Position numbers and translations under genes: made by a program
Notes under the pieces: generated by a model
Told to the model about the DNA's origin: nothing
The model's input: the letters and a program-made list of their open reading frames with translations, nothing else
The model's database searches: none
Origin: Methanocella sp.
Lineage (GTDB): Archaea; Thermoproteota; Bathyarchaeia; Bathyarchaeales; Bathycorpusculaceae
Direction of reading: 5' to 3'
NCBI GenBank assembly: GCA_050261115.1
Contig: JBLNCY010000038.1
Span: 1 to 46,739, forward strand
Length of the DNA: 46,739 nucleotides
Part shown: piece by piece, positions 28,374 through 38,285 of the stretch
Position numbering within the stretch: position 1 is the first letter of the stretch
How the letters are laid out: each line of letters opens with the position of its first letter

Positions 28374-28832
28374 ATGATTAGAACCAGAAAAATAGCGCTG
28401 TTGCTTGCCGTATTGATGGGTTTAGCCGCCTTGTTAGCAATCATCCTATCAAGCCATTTTAGCCCAACGCCCGGGACAGAAATCTGGGTATATGATGGTA
28501 ACTCTCCATTCGCGGCCAGAGTGCACGTTAGTCCCCCTGGCGATTTTGAACTGTACTATATGTTCCGAACAGTCCTATCTACCGTAAACATTGTGCTTAC
28601 TTCCCTTCTGATATTCAACTACGTTAACATCTACACAAAAACCCACTCGGAGTTCACTTTAGGGTTACTGCTCTTTGCATCTATGCTCCTCATAAAAGAC
28701 ATAATGCTCAACCCCATCATCATTGGTTTAGGCGGTTTTGGCCTTTCAGGGTTAGGGCCCTTTGCGTTTATACCTGACCTTTTTGAGATGGCGGCGCTTT
28801 TGGTGCTTTTCTATTTAAGCGTCAAATACTAA
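28374..28832 (+). CDS. Hypothetical membrane protein (wHTH-associated)
   Basis: About 4 TM segments, 'SEFTLGLLLFA'; co-oriented directly after the wHTH gene. Confidence 0.7.
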   Translation: MIRTRKIALLLAVLMGLAALLAIILSSHFSPTPGTEIWVYDGNSPFAARVHVSPPGDFELYYMFRTVLSTVNIVLTSLLIFNYVNIYTKTHSEFTLGLLLFASMLLIKDIMLNPIIIGLGGFGLSGLGPFAFIPDLFEMAALLVLFYLSVKY

Positions 28833-28917
28833 GCCACTTACCTTCCTCTTTCTAGGGCTACTTTATCTTTAATGTCTAAATATTTCCTGCCCTTTATTCT
28901 ATTGGAGACACACCTTT

Positions 28918-31014
28918 TTGGCAACAATCGACACAAAGAAGAAACATAACCGGTTAATCAACGAAAAGAGCCTCTATCTACTTCAACACGCATACAACCC
29001 CATTGATTGGTATCCATGGGGCAACGAAGCATTCGAAGTAGCCGCTAAAGAAGATAAACCCGTGTTTGTCTCAATCGGGTACTCGTCTTGCCACTGGTGC
29101 CATGTAATGGAAAAAGAATCCTTCGAGGACCCAGCGGTCGCGGAACTGCTTAATCGCACGTTTGTTTGCGTGAAAGTTGACCGTGAAGAACGTCCCGATA
29201 TAGACGCCGCATATATGGCTGTCTGTCAAGCTATGGGTCGAAACTGCGGCTGGCCCCTAAACGTCATTATGACCCCGGCAAAAAAGCCCTTTTTTGTCGC
29301 AAGCTACATCCCCAAAGATAACCGCTACGGCACAGTCGGTATGCTGAACCTAGTTCCACAGATTGAGCAGATATGGAAAACCCGTCGGCATGAACTTGAA
29401 GCCATGGGAACTGAAATAAATGAACAAATCTCCTCCCAGTCCACCGAAGCAGACAAGGAGCCCTTAAACGAGGATACGCTAAACGAAGCCTACGATCAAC
29501 TCTACCTATCCTTCGATCACAATAACGCTGGTTTTGGTCAAGCACCCAAATTCCCATCACCCCACAACCTTATGTTCCTTCTAAGATACTATAACCGTAC
29601 AAAAAATCCTGCAGCATTAACAATGGTAGACCGCACACTGCAGGCGATGCGTAACGGAGGCATCTTTGATCAAGTTGGCTTTGGGTTCCATCGGTACTCA
29701 ACAGATTCTATTTGGCTGGTTCCACATTTCGAAAAAATGCTCTATGACCAGGCCCTTTTGACGTTAGCGTACCTTGAAGCCTATCAAGTTACGGGTGCAC
29801 CAAAGTTTAGAATAGCTGCCAAAGAGACCCTTGAGTATGTCCTGCGGGATTTAAGGGCGCCTGAAGGGGCGTTTTATTCTTCTGAGGATGCAGATAGCGA
29901 GGGCGAGGAAGGCAAGTTTTACCTTTGGACACTTGATGAACTGAAGGCAGTGTTGCCATCTGAGCTTCTGGGTTTTGCTGTTCGCATGTTCGGTGTAAAG
30001 CCCGAGGGCAACTATGTTGATCCCGGCAAGGGCTTAACGGGCAAAAACATACTCTACCTTGCAGTACTACCCCAACAAATGGCGGCGGAAGAAAACGTCA
30101 GCATCGAGCAAGTAATCGGTAAACTCGGAAGAACAGTTCAGCTCCTATACGCTGCGCGAGTTAAGCGTATCTGCCCAGCCAGAGACGATAAAATCCTAGT
30201 TGATTGGAATGGCCTAATAATAGCCGCCCTAGCTCGAGCAAGTCAGGTTTTAGGCGACCAAACCTACCTTAAAGTAGCCCAAAACGCCGCAGACTTCCTA
30301 CTAAAAACCTTGCAAAAAGGGAACCACCGCCTACTACATCGGTATGCTAAAGGTGAAGCAGCAGTTGAAGGCTTTCTAGATGACTATGCTTTTCTTGTTT
30401 GGGGCTTAATCGAGCTATACGCGGCAGGTTTTGACGAGACATATTTGCAAGAAAGCATAGACTTTACTAAAGCCATGCTGGAAGACTTCTGGGACCAAAC
30501 AAACGGCAGCTTCTACCTAACCAGCAAAGACAGTGACAAATCGGTGCCCCGTATAAAACAGAGCTATGACGGCGCATACCCCAGCGGAAACTCGGCTGCA
30601 CTTCATGATTTACTGCGTTTAGCCGCGTTAAGTGGTGAGATATCGTTTAGTAAGTATGCGGAGCGGTTGCTTTCTTGTTTTGCTTGGGATATTCGGGGGT
30701 ACCCGATGGGACGCACGTTCATGCTTTCAGGGCTGGATTCCCTCTTAGGGGGCTCATCGAATGTGACTATCGTAGGTGAAAAGGACGAAAAAGAAACCCA
30801 AACGTTGCTCTCGGAACTGCGAAAACCTTACCTGCCCAACCTGACAGTGACGCTATGGACTTCTGAGAGAGAAAAAACCGCGCCAGCAGGCGTAAGTTAC
30901 CGAAAAATCGATGGAAAAGCAACCGCGTATGTCTGCAAGGGCCAAACCTGCATGCCCCCCACCAATGACGCAGCCATGATGCTTCAGTATTTGCTAGCTG
31001 ACTCTGAAGCCTAA
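28918..31014 (+). CDS. Thioredoxin domain-containing YyaL/SSP411 (DUF255) protein
   Basis: '[18 protein letters not shown]', '[13 protein letters not shown]', '[11 protein letters not shown]', '[11 protein letters not shown]'. Confidence 0.93.
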   Translation: MATIDTKKKHNRLINEKSLYLLQHAYNPIDWYPWGNEAFEVAAKEDKPVFVSIGYSSCHWCHVMEKESFEDPAVAELLNRTFVCVKVDREERPDIDAAYMAVCQAMGRNCGWPLNVIMTPAKKPFFVASYIPKDNRYGTVGMLNLVPQIEQIWKTRRHELEAMGTEINEQISSQSTEADKEPLNEDTLNEAYDQLYLSFDHNNAGFGQAPKFPSPHNLMFLLRYYNRTKNPAALTMVDRTLQAMRNGGIFDQVGFGFHRYSTDSIWLVPHFEKMLYDQALLTLAYLEAYQVTGAPKFRIAAKETLEYVLRDLRAPEGAFYSSEDADSEGEEGKFYLWTLDELKAVLPSELLGFAVRMFGVKPEGNYVDPGKGLTGKNILYLAVLPQQMAAEENVSIEQVIGKLGRTVQLLYAARVKRICPARDDKILVDWNGLIIAALARASQVLGDQTYLKVAQNAADFLLKTLQKGNHRLLHRYAKGEAAVEGFLDDYAFLVWGLIELYAAGFDETYLQESIDFTKAMLEDFWDQTNGSFYLTSKDSDKSVPRIKQSYDGAYPSGNSAALHDLLRLAALSGEISFSKYAERLLSCFAWDIRGYPMGRTFMLSGLDSLLGGSSNVTIVGEKDEKETQTLLSELRKPYLPNLTVTLWTSEREKTAPAGVSYRKIDGKATAYVCKGQTCMPPTNDAAMMLQYLLADSEA

Positions 31015-31037
31015 AGCTTGTTGTCTCAATACTCCGT

Positions 31038-31104
31038 AATTACAGGGTCAACCTATGGTTGGTTCTATATATAAGGGCGGGGGTAAGTCGGCAAAGCGAC
31101 AGAA
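31038..31104 (-). repeat. Dispersed intergenic repeat, copy B
   Basis: Reverse complement matches copy A at 57/64 aligned positions plus one 3-nt indel (manual alignment). Confidence 0.85.
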
Positions 31105-31152
31105 CAGCAACTGATGCACAAAGAAAAAAGTAGGCGACCACTAACACAGCGG

Positions 31153-32403
31153 TTACTTGCGGATTTGTCCATCACCGCAAACAACGTACTTTGTGCTTGT
31201 TAGGTGCTGGATGCTCATGGGGCCGCGTACGTGTAGTTTTTGGTTGCTGATTCCGATTTCAGAGCCTAATCCGAATTGGTTTCCGTCGGTGAAGCGGGTA
31301 GAGGCATTCCAGTAGACGGCGGCGCTGTCGACTTCTTTGAGGAATTTTTTGGCTTTGGCGAAGTCGCGGGTGATTATGCTGTCGCTGTGGCGGGTGCCGT
31401 ACTTGTTGATGTGTGCAATAGCTTGGTCGAGGCTGTCAACCACTTTGACGCCTATGATTAAATCGAGGTATTCAGTGGGCCAATCCTGTTCGGTTGCAGC
31501 CTTAACGCCCTGAACGATTTGCTGTGTGATTTCGTCGCCTCGAACTTCTACGTCATTCTTCTGCAGTTCCGGTACTATAACCGGCAAGTAATGGGATGCG
31601 ATTTTGCGATGAACCAGAAGCTTCTCGGCGGCATTACAGACGCCTGGACGCTGCACCTTAGCGTTAATCACAATTGGAGTAGCCTTCTCCAGATCGGCAT
31701 CCTCATCAACGTATACGTGGCAGTTACCTGTGCCCGTTTCGATTACGGGAATGCGGGACTTCTCGATTACAGTGTTAATCAAATCAGCGCCTCCTCGGGG
31801 GATCAACACATCGATGTATTGCCGCATCGACATAAGCTCCTCTGCCACTTTCCGATCAGGCGAATCAACAATCTGGATTGCATCCATCGGCACAGAGGTC
31901 TCTTTGAGCGCTTCCCGAAGCATCGTGACAATCGCTATGTTGCTGCGTAGCGCATCAGAACCGCCCCTCAAGATAACGGCGTTCCCGGATTTTATGCAGA
32001 CACCTGCCGCGTCGCTTGTAACGTTGGGTCTTGATTCGTAGATTACGCCCACAACTCCCAAAGGAACGCGGATTTGGCTAATGATCAACCCGTTGGGGCG
32101 CGTCCAAGTTGCAAGTACAGAGCCAATAGGATCAGGTAAAGCTGCGACTTCCCGTAATTCCTTAGCCATGGATTGAACCTTCTTCTGGTCCAAGGCCAGG
32201 CGATCTAGAAGCGAAGCCTTGACGCCTTTAGCTTTGGCTGCCTCAACATCCAGCTTGTTTGCCGCAAAAATCTCCTCTTGATGCGCTTCTAGGGCATCAG
32301 CCATCTTGTAGAGTGCTTCATTTTTTGTTTCGCTTGAGAGTTTACCCATCTCAAAAGCGGCGGCTCTGGCTTTAATGCAGATTTCCTCAATCATAGCTTC
32401 CAT
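31153..32403 (-). CDS. proA: Gamma-glutamyl phosphate reductase
   Basis: 'VPLGVVGVIYESRPNVT', 'LIPRGG', 'GNCHVYV', 'VCNAAE', 'NASTRFTDG'. Confidence 0.96.
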   Translation of the reverse strand: MEAMIEEICIKARAAAFEMGKLSSETKNEALYKMADALEAHQEEIFAANKLDVEAAKAKGVKASLLDRLALDQKKVQSMAKELREVAALPDPIGSVLATWTRPNGLIISQIRVPLGVVGVIYESRPNVTSDAAGVCIKSGNAVILRGGSDALRSNIAIVTMLREALKETSVPMDAIQIVDSPDRKVAEELMSMRQYIDVLIPRGGADLINTVIEKSRIPVIETGTGNCHVYVDEDADLEKATPIVINAKVQRPGVCNAAEKLLVHRKIASHYLPVIVPELQKNDVEVRGDEITQQIVQGVKAATEQDWPTEYLDLIIGVKVVDSLDQAIAHINKYGTRHSDSIITRDFAKAKKFLKEVDSAAVYWNASTRFTDGNQFGLGSEIGISNQKLHVRGPMSIQHLTSTKYVVCGDGQIRK

Positions 32404-33520
32404 TTTCCTTTATCAAGTGTATGTTTCGGTGCTCAACGACCTCTTTAGGTGCGTCGGCTCCTAGTTTATCCTGTATCTCTGATACACGCAACCCCTTAAT
32501 TACATTTAATTGCGCACTAGTATAATTGGGGATGCCACGGGCAAACTCGACACAGTTTTCATCTTCAAGACTAACAACGTCGCCCTCTTGAAAAGTACCC
32601 ACAACCTTAAGGATACCAACAGGCAACAAGCTGCCGCCTTCGAGGATGGCTTTTTTCGCACCCACATTAACAACTATGCTACCTTTAACAGCGGCGCCAA
32701 AGGCTATCCAGCGCTTCATTGCCGCCATTGGAGGTTGCGCCTTAAAATACGTACCCACATCCTTACCAGCCAAAATATCCACAAGGACATTATCCGCTGA
32801 ACTATTAGCGATAACCACAGGGATACCGCAAGAAGTGGCGATCTCTGCAGCTTTGATCTTGCTCTCTATGCCGCCGCGTCCCAGTTTGCTTTTACCGCTA
32901 AGCGACGCCTTAAGCTCCGGCGTAATCTTCTCGACCGTTTTGATTAATTTGGCTCCGGGCTGGGAGGGATCCGCCGTATAGAGACCATCCACGTCAGAGA
33001 GAATTACTGCCAAGTCCGCTCCGATCGCGCTGGCAACAAGCACCGAGAGGATGTCGTTGTCGCTAAAGTTTATCTTGTAACCTTCACGTCTACGCAACTC
33101 TGCAACCGAGGTGACATCGTTCTCGTTGATAATCGGAATAACCTCTGATTTAAGCAGCATTGAGAGCACGTTACATGTGTGCACGTATGATGCGCGATTA
33201 GAGAGGTCTTCAGCGGTAAGTAGAATCTGCGCCACCTTAAGACCCCAACGCTTGAAGTGTTCTCGATACTTAGCCATTAGCACCGGTTGCCCTGCAGCGG
33301 CGGCTGCCTGCTGAAAAACCACATCGTTTGGCTTAGGTGGGATTCCCAGCTCGGCAATTCCCGTGGCGACCGCTCCAGAAGTCACAAAAATAATCTTATT
33401 GCCCATTCTAACGGCGGATGCTATTTGGTCAACGAGCTTGGTAATTTTTGTGTCGTCAATTTTGCCTTCCTCGGTTAATGCGTTTGTACCCACCTTAACA
33501 ACGATCAGTCTTTGTGGCAA
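32387..33520 (-). CDS. proB: Glutamate 5-kinase with PUA domain
   Basis: 'VVKVGT', 'VTSGAV', 'PIINEND', 'FSDNDIL', 'LSDVDGLY', C-terminal PUA domain. Confidence 0.96.
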   Translation of the reverse strand: MPQRLIVVKVGTNALTEEGKIDDTKITKLVDQIASAVRMGNKIIFVTSGAVATGIAELGIPPKPNDVVFQQAAAAAGQPVLMAKYREHFKRWGLKVAQILLTAEDLSNRASYVHTCNVLSMLLKSEVIPIINENDVTSVAELRRREGYKINFSDNDILSVLVASAIGADLAVILSDVDGLYTADPSQPGAKLIKTVEKITPELKASLSGKSKLGRGGIESKIKAAEIATSCGIPVVIANSSADNVLVDILAGKDVGTYFKAQPPMAAMKRWIAFGAAVKGSIVVNVGAKKAILEGGSLLPVGILKVVGTFQEGDVVSLEDENCVEFARGIPNYTSAQLNVIKGLRVSEIQDKLGADAPKEVVEHRNIHLIKENGSYD

Positions 33521-33657
33521 TCTACATCCCTTTAGCGCAGACTTGAATATGTCTGACTAGCTTAAAAATGCACCCAAAACCGCAAACCCGCCTCAAGAGC
33601 AAGCGTGCATGCCATTTGCTCCTTTATCCAATGCTTTAACAGATTGTGAAGAAAAAA

Positions 33658-33665
33658 TATATATA
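33658..33665 (+). promoter_or_regulatory. TATA box of a leaderless hppA transcript
   Basis: A-rich BRE-like run followed by TATATATA, 24 nt upstream of ATG 33690. Confidence 0.6.
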
Positions 33666-33689
33666 CAAAATGCGTATGCGTTGTTCACT

Positions 33690-35858
33690 ATGTACATACC
33701 CCTACAAACCCTAACTTCTTTTACATACGATAACCCCCTAGTATTTTGGATAGCACCCATAGCAGGTGTCATCGCAGTCGTTGCCTCATTAGTTCTCATG
33801 TGGAGAATCGGCAAGATGAGTCCCGGCGGACCTAAAGCCGTAGAAGTAGGCAACGCCATACGCGAAGGCGCCTATGCCTTCCTAAAAAGGCAGTATAAGA
33901 CCATCGCTATAATCACGGTAGTGATTTTTGCGCTGCTGTGGATTGCTCTGCCGACTGGACCGTACGGCGTGGGCACGGCGGCAGCGTTCTTGGTGGGAGC
34001 AGTCGCTTCGTTGGCGGCTGGCTACATCGCCATGGATAACGCAACCAAAGCTAACGTGCGAACGGTGGCAGCGGCAAAAGATTTCGGTGCAGAAAAAGCG
34101 CTGAAAACAGCGTTCTATGGCGGCGCCACGATGGGTATGGCTGTTGTCGGTTTATCTCTTTTGGGTGTTAGTTTCCTGTTCTTGCTCTACGGCGGCTATA
34201 ATGCAATGTTTGGTACTCTTGATGCTACCACAGCTGCAGACTTAGGCCGTAACGCGGCAAGCGGAATTGTGGGTATGGGTTTTGGAGCTTCACTAATTGC
34301 ACTATTTGCACAGTTAGGAGGCGGAATCTACACTAAAGCTGCAGACGTCGGCGCAGACCTTGTAGGCAAAGTCGAAGCCGGTATCCCTGAAGACGATCCA
34401 CGAAACCCCGCAGTTATTGCAGATAACGTCGGCGACAACGTCGGTGACTCCGCAGGTAGAGGCGCAGACCTTTTCGAATCAGCTACAGGCGAAAACATCG
34501 GTGGCATGATCATCGGTGGCTTAATCAGCATCGCAACAGGCAACTTAGTCTTCTTGATTTTCCCCTTAATCGCAAGAGCTCTCGGTATCTTCGCAACCTT
34601 GGTGGGTATGCCCTTCGTAAAACTCAACGAATCAGAAGCCAAGCATCCAATGAAAGCACTACGCAAAGGCCTCATGGTAACAACCATAGTCGCAGGCGTA
34701 CTGTTCTTCTTAGCAACAGTATTTTTGCTAGGCAGTATGTACCTCTTCTACTGTCTCCTTGCAGGTTTAGCTGCAAGCGTAGCAATTGACTACATCACAG
34801 ACTACTACACAGGCCGCGACAGAAGCCCAGTCGTAAAGATTGCTAAAGCAAGCGAAACAGGCAGCGCAACCAACATCATCACCGGTTTTGCGGTTGGTTT
34901 AGAAACAACGGCATTACCAATCGTATCTCTCTCCATCGCACTCATAGTTTCCTACTGGTTCGGAACCCAATTCGGCTTAGAGATCGGCATTGACCCCTTC
35001 ATCGGCGGAATCTACGGAACAACACTTGCAACCATGGGTATGCTCGCAGTCATGGGCATGATCTTAGCCTTAGACGGCTTTGGCCCCATCGCAGACAACG
35101 CAGCCGGAATCGCTGAAATGTCTGGCGAAGGCGGAGCAGAATCAACAATGGAAGCCCTAGACGCAGTGGGCAACACCACAAAAGCACTCACCAAGGGTTT
35201 CGCACTCGGCTCAGCATTACTCGCAGCACAGCTTCTATTCCAAACATACATCGAAGAAGTAGCCCTACAAACAGGCGTACACATTGCAATAGACATCTCA
35301 AACCCAGCAGTGCTAGTCGCAGGCTTCATCGGCGCCATGATTCCATTCTTCTTCAGCGCACAAGCAATCAGCGCTGTAGGTAAAGCAGCAGCAGAAATGG
35401 TTGCAGAAGTCAGACGGCAATTCAAAGAAATCCCCGGCATCATGGAAGGCACAGGCAAACCAGAGTATGGCAAAGCAGTCGACATCAGCACAAAATCAGC
35501 ACTCAAAGGCATGGTACTTCCAGCATTAATTGTCGTTGTGGTACCGATCATAGTAGGTGTACTTATGGGTCCAGAAGCAGTCGGCGCATTAGTCATCGGA
35601 GCAACTCTCTCAGCAGTCCCACTAGCCTTACTGATGAATACAGGCGGTGGCGCTTGGGATAACGCAAAGAAACACATTGAAGCAGGCAGACTAGGCGGCA
35701 AAGGTTCACCAGCACACTCCGCAGCAGTCGTCGGTGACACAGTCGGCGATCCAATGAAAGACACAGCAGGCCCAAGCCTTCACGTACTCATAAAGCTGCT
35801 AAGCACGCTATCAATCGTGTTCATCCCGCTGTTCTACAACCTGCTACAGCTCATATAG
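33690..35858 (+). CDS. hppA: Membrane-bound ion-translocating pyrophosphatase (K+-independent H+-PPase type)
   Basis: 'GGIYTKAADVGADLVGKVE', 'EDDPRNP', 'DNVGDNVGD', 'GNTTKA', 'GDTVGDPMKDTAGP'. Confidence 0.96.
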   Translation: MYIPLQTLTSFTYDNPLVFWIAPIAGVIAVVASLVLMWRIGKMSPGGPKAVEVGNAIREGAYAFLKRQYKTIAIITVVIFALLWIALPTGPYGVGTAAAFLVGAVASLAAGYIAMDNATKANVRTVAAAKDFGAEKALKTAFYGGATMGMAVVGLSLLGVSFLFLLYGGYNAMFGTLDATTAADLGRNAASGIVGMGFGASLIALFAQLGGGIYTKAADVGADLVGKVEAGIPEDDPRNPAVIADNVGDNVGDSAGRGADLFESATGENIGGMIIGGLISIATGNLVFLIFPLIARALGIFATLVGMPFVKLNESEAKHPMKALRKGLMVTTIVAGVLFFLATVFLLGSMYLFYCLLAGLAASVAIDYITDYYTGRDRSPVVKIAKASETGSATNIITGFAVGLETTALPIVSLSIALIVSYWFGTQFGLEIGIDPFIGGIYGTTLATMGMLAVMGMILALDGFGPIADNAAGIAEMSGEGGAESTMEALDAVGNTTKALTKGFALGSALLAAQLLFQTYIEEVALQTGVHIAIDISNPAVLVAGFIGAMIPFFFSAQAISAVGKAAAEMVAEVRRQFKEIPGIMEGTGKPEYGKAVDISTKSALKGMVLPALIVVVVPIIVGVLMGPEAVGALVIGATLSAVPLALLMNTGGGAWDNAKKHIEAGRLGGKGSPAHSAAVVGDTVGDPMKDTAGPSLHVLIKLLSTLSIVFIPLFYNLLQLI

Positions 35859-35871
35859 AAACGCAAAACCC

Positions 35872-35920
35872 AAAAAAAGGGAAGACTTCTCTTCCCCCTA
35901 ACCATTCTTTTATTTTTTTA
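35872..35920. terminator. Probable bidirectional terminator between hppA and the convergent ORF
   Basis: 7-bp stem gggaaga(35879-35885)/tcttccc(35890-35896), preceded by an A-run and followed by T-tracts. Confidence 0.55.
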
Positions 35921-35926
35921 ACGCTT

Positions 35927-36259
35927 CTAAACGGCTTCTACGCTCTGGGCAAGTTCTCCGTCAAAACCGTCGACTTTGGTTTGCTTAGCTATCCTTCGGC
36001 CTACATCGGTTAGGTGGAATAGTTTGTATCGGTTACGTCCATTGCGTGTGATCTTTTCTTCTACCCAAAAAAGGCCGGCGTTTGCCAATAATTCGCTGTA
36101 TCGTAGGTCCTCTGAAACCACGGGGGTGCCCAAGCTCTCAACAAGTATGCATAGGTAACCTTCTTTGCTTTCTAGGGCTGCTACGAGGCAGCCTTTGAGA
36201 CGTTCACTTTTTTCGTCCATGTATTGGCACATATAATCTTGAAGGGTTTGGCTTGCCAT
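35927..36259 (-). CDS. Hypothetical protein (possible winged-helix C-terminus)
   Basis: Protein-like ORF with 'YKLFHLTDVGRRIA'; ATG 36259 preferred. Confidence 0.6.
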   Translation of the reverse strand: MASQTLQDYMCQYMDEKSERLKGCLVAALESKEGYLCILVESLGTPVVSEDLRYSELLANAGLFWVEEKITRNGRNRYKLFHLTDVGRRIAKQTKVDGFDGELAQSVEAV

Positions 36260-36401
36260 AAAAATCACCTGAAAAGCTCCATTCAGAACAGTCTCATCTT
36301 GAAATTTAAGTCTATGCATGCCTCCTTGCATCCAAAACCGCTTGGTTGGGCGATTAATATTTCTATATGCGAGGTATTGAGTATCCTTGAGATGTAGTTT
36401 A

Positions 36402-37496
36402 TTGAAGATTGTTCAGAAAAACCTTCAGCAGGGCTTCATCAAAGTTGTTCCTGACTCGCCAGATGATCTCTGGCATTTATACAATGTGATTTACAAAGGT
36501 GACGAAGTCTATGCCATGAGCAGTCGCTCGATTAAAACCGACACCGCAACTAGTCGGCCAAAGAGTGGCGAGCGTGTTTCCGCATTCATGGGTGTGAGGG
36601 TTGAATCGGTAAGCTGGGACAAGTTCCTGGGCAAACTACGTGTACACGGCATTATCATACATGCGCCCGAAATCATACCTACGGGTGCACATCACACCAT
36701 AGCTATCGCATTAAATCAGCAGATGACTATTGTGAAAAAGGAATGGCCCCAGCATCTACTTGATAGGTTAACAAAAGCCAGCGAAGTCGAAAAACCACTC
36801 CTAATCATGTCTATCGACGACGAAGGCTTTGCAATCGCTGAAACCAAGCAGTATGGGTATGAAACCCGAGTGGAGCAACGCATACGCTTACCAGGCAAAG
36901 TGGAAGCTGATAAGCGAATTGAAGCTACCAAAGGATACTTCCGATTAGGCCTTCAAAGCTTAGAAAAACTTTGGTCAGTAAACCATAACCCCATTGTTAT
37001 AATCGGCGCAGGCTACGTTAAGAATGACTTTGTAAATTATCTGCAGCAGGAATCAAAAGAACTCTCTCGAGCCATTGTGGATATTAAAAGTGTTAACAAT
37101 GGGGGCACAGCAGGCATTGATGAAGCGCTGCGATCTGGAGTGCTACTTAAAGCGGCTCATGATTTGCGAATTGTGGAGGAGACGGAGGTCATGGAGGAAG
37201 TCATGAAGCGTCTAGGTAAAGGCGAGGGAACGGTGACTTATGGTTTGGCTTCGGTTGAAAACGCGGCTAACATGGGCGCGATTGAGAAGCTGGTTGTGGC
37301 TGATACTACGATTCGTGATGCGGATGAGGAGCAGCGTCTAAAACTTGAGCAGTTGATGCGTGATGTGGAGCATAGGCAAGGTAAAGTTACGGTTGTTAGC
37401 ACCGAGCACGAGGCTGGGTTTAAGTTGACTTCGCTTGGCGGAATAGCTGCCCTACTCCGGTTCCCAATCTATCGAGAAAACCAAAGCCAAAGCTAA
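36402..37496 (+). CDS. pelA: mRNA surveillance protein pelota
   Basis: 'PDSPDDLWHLYNVI..GD', 'LRVHG', 'HHTI', 'VTYG', 'LGGIAALLRFPI'. Confidence 0.94.
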   Translation: MKIVQKNLQQGFIKVVPDSPDDLWHLYNVIYKGDEVYAMSSRSIKTDTATSRPKSGERVSAFMGVRVESVSWDKFLGKLRVHGIIIHAPEIIPTGAHHTIAIALNQQMTIVKKEWPQHLLDRLTKASEVEKPLLIMSIDDEGFAIAETKQYGYETRVEQRIRLPGKVEADKRIEATKGYFRLGLQSLEKLWSVNHNPIVIIGAGYVKNDFVNYLQQESKELSRAIVDIKSVNNGGTAGIDEALRSGVLLKAAHDLRIVEETEVMEEVMKRLGKGEGTVTYGLASVENAANMGAIEKLVVADTTIRDADEEQRLKLEQLMRDVEHRQGKVTVVSTEHEAGFKLTSLGGIAALLRFPIYRENQSQS

Positions 37497-37550
37497 CCCT
37501 CTATTCTATTCGCAAATTTCTTATAATCCGCTTGCATCGCTATTGGGTGT

Positions 37551-37895
37551 TTGATCGGTATGCTTAAGCCTGAATGGAAACCTGTGGAAACCATAAAGAA
37601 AAAGATCCGTGTTACACGTGTTGAAGCCAAAGGGCACCACATAGACGCAGTCGAGTTAGATGGGAATGTTCCTATGTGTCTTGGTGTGAGTTTAAAGATT
37701 GATTTGGGCAAAGTTAAGCGCGCCAAGATTTATCAGGCAACCATAACGGTTTACGAAACAGAATTCACACCAGAGCTAGAACAGCAAGTGTTTGAATCAG
37801 CAATTAACGACCCAACTAGGCTGCAGGCTTTGCGGTCTATGAAGGCGCAGGGCCTAAAACCCCGAAAATACGAGATAATTGCCCTAAAACACTAG
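37551..37895 (+). CDS. Hypothetical basic protein
   Basis: 114-aa ORF filling the gap after pelota; no family recognised. Confidence 0.55.
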   Translation: MIGMLKPEWKPVETIKKKIRVTRVEAKGHHIDAVELDGNVPMCLGVSLKIDLGKVKRAKIYQATITVYETEFTPELEQQVFESAINDPTRLQALRSMKAQGLKPRKYEIIALKH

Positions 37896-37924
37896 CACCT
37901 TAGAGTGTCTCCTCGCTTTCAGTC

Positions 37925-37988
37925 TTCTGTTGCTTTGACATACCCCCTCCCTTATCTATAGAACCAACCAGGGGTTGAACCTGTAATT
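37925..37988 (+). repeat. Dispersed intergenic repeat, copy A
   Basis: ttctgttgctttgacataccccctcccttatctatagaaccaaccaggggttgaacctgtaatt; homologous to 31038-31104 (-), 11172-11217 (+) and 10162-10187 (-). Confidence 0.85.
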
Positions 37989-38210
37989 GACTGAAACATC
38001 GAAACTAAACCCTTAAACGCATAGAAAAAACATGCTTCTTTTGCCATGGAATCACCCCATTAAACTCGCTGATTTGCGGATCGGTTCATAAAAATCTGGG
38101 GATTGCTCTTGGCGTCGTGTAATTTTGCAAACAACCGCGCCCTAAAGTTGCGGTTTGTTCTCAAAAGCTGCTTTAGTATTGCATCGGCTCTAAAAACATG
38201 GTGAGCAAGC

Positions 38211-38269
38211 CTTAAAAAGCCCTTTATAAATAGATGCTCTTATATACCCACACCCTTATTTAAATAGGG
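38211..38269 (+). promoter_or_regulatory. Cluster of TATA-like boxes upstream of tbp
   Basis: CTTAAAAA 38211, TTTATAAA 38223, CTTATATA 38239, TTTAAATA 38259. Confidence 0.5.
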
Positions 38270-38285
38270 AAGCACGTGAGTTGAC

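Noticed and set aside
35012-35764. 250-aa minus-strand ORF
   Set aside because: Antisense shadow of hppA
10162-37988. Dispersed repeats as a CRISPR array or replication origin
   Set aside because: Copies are kb apart with no spacer periodicity, no cas or cdc6/orc1 gene is present, and ORB similarity is weak
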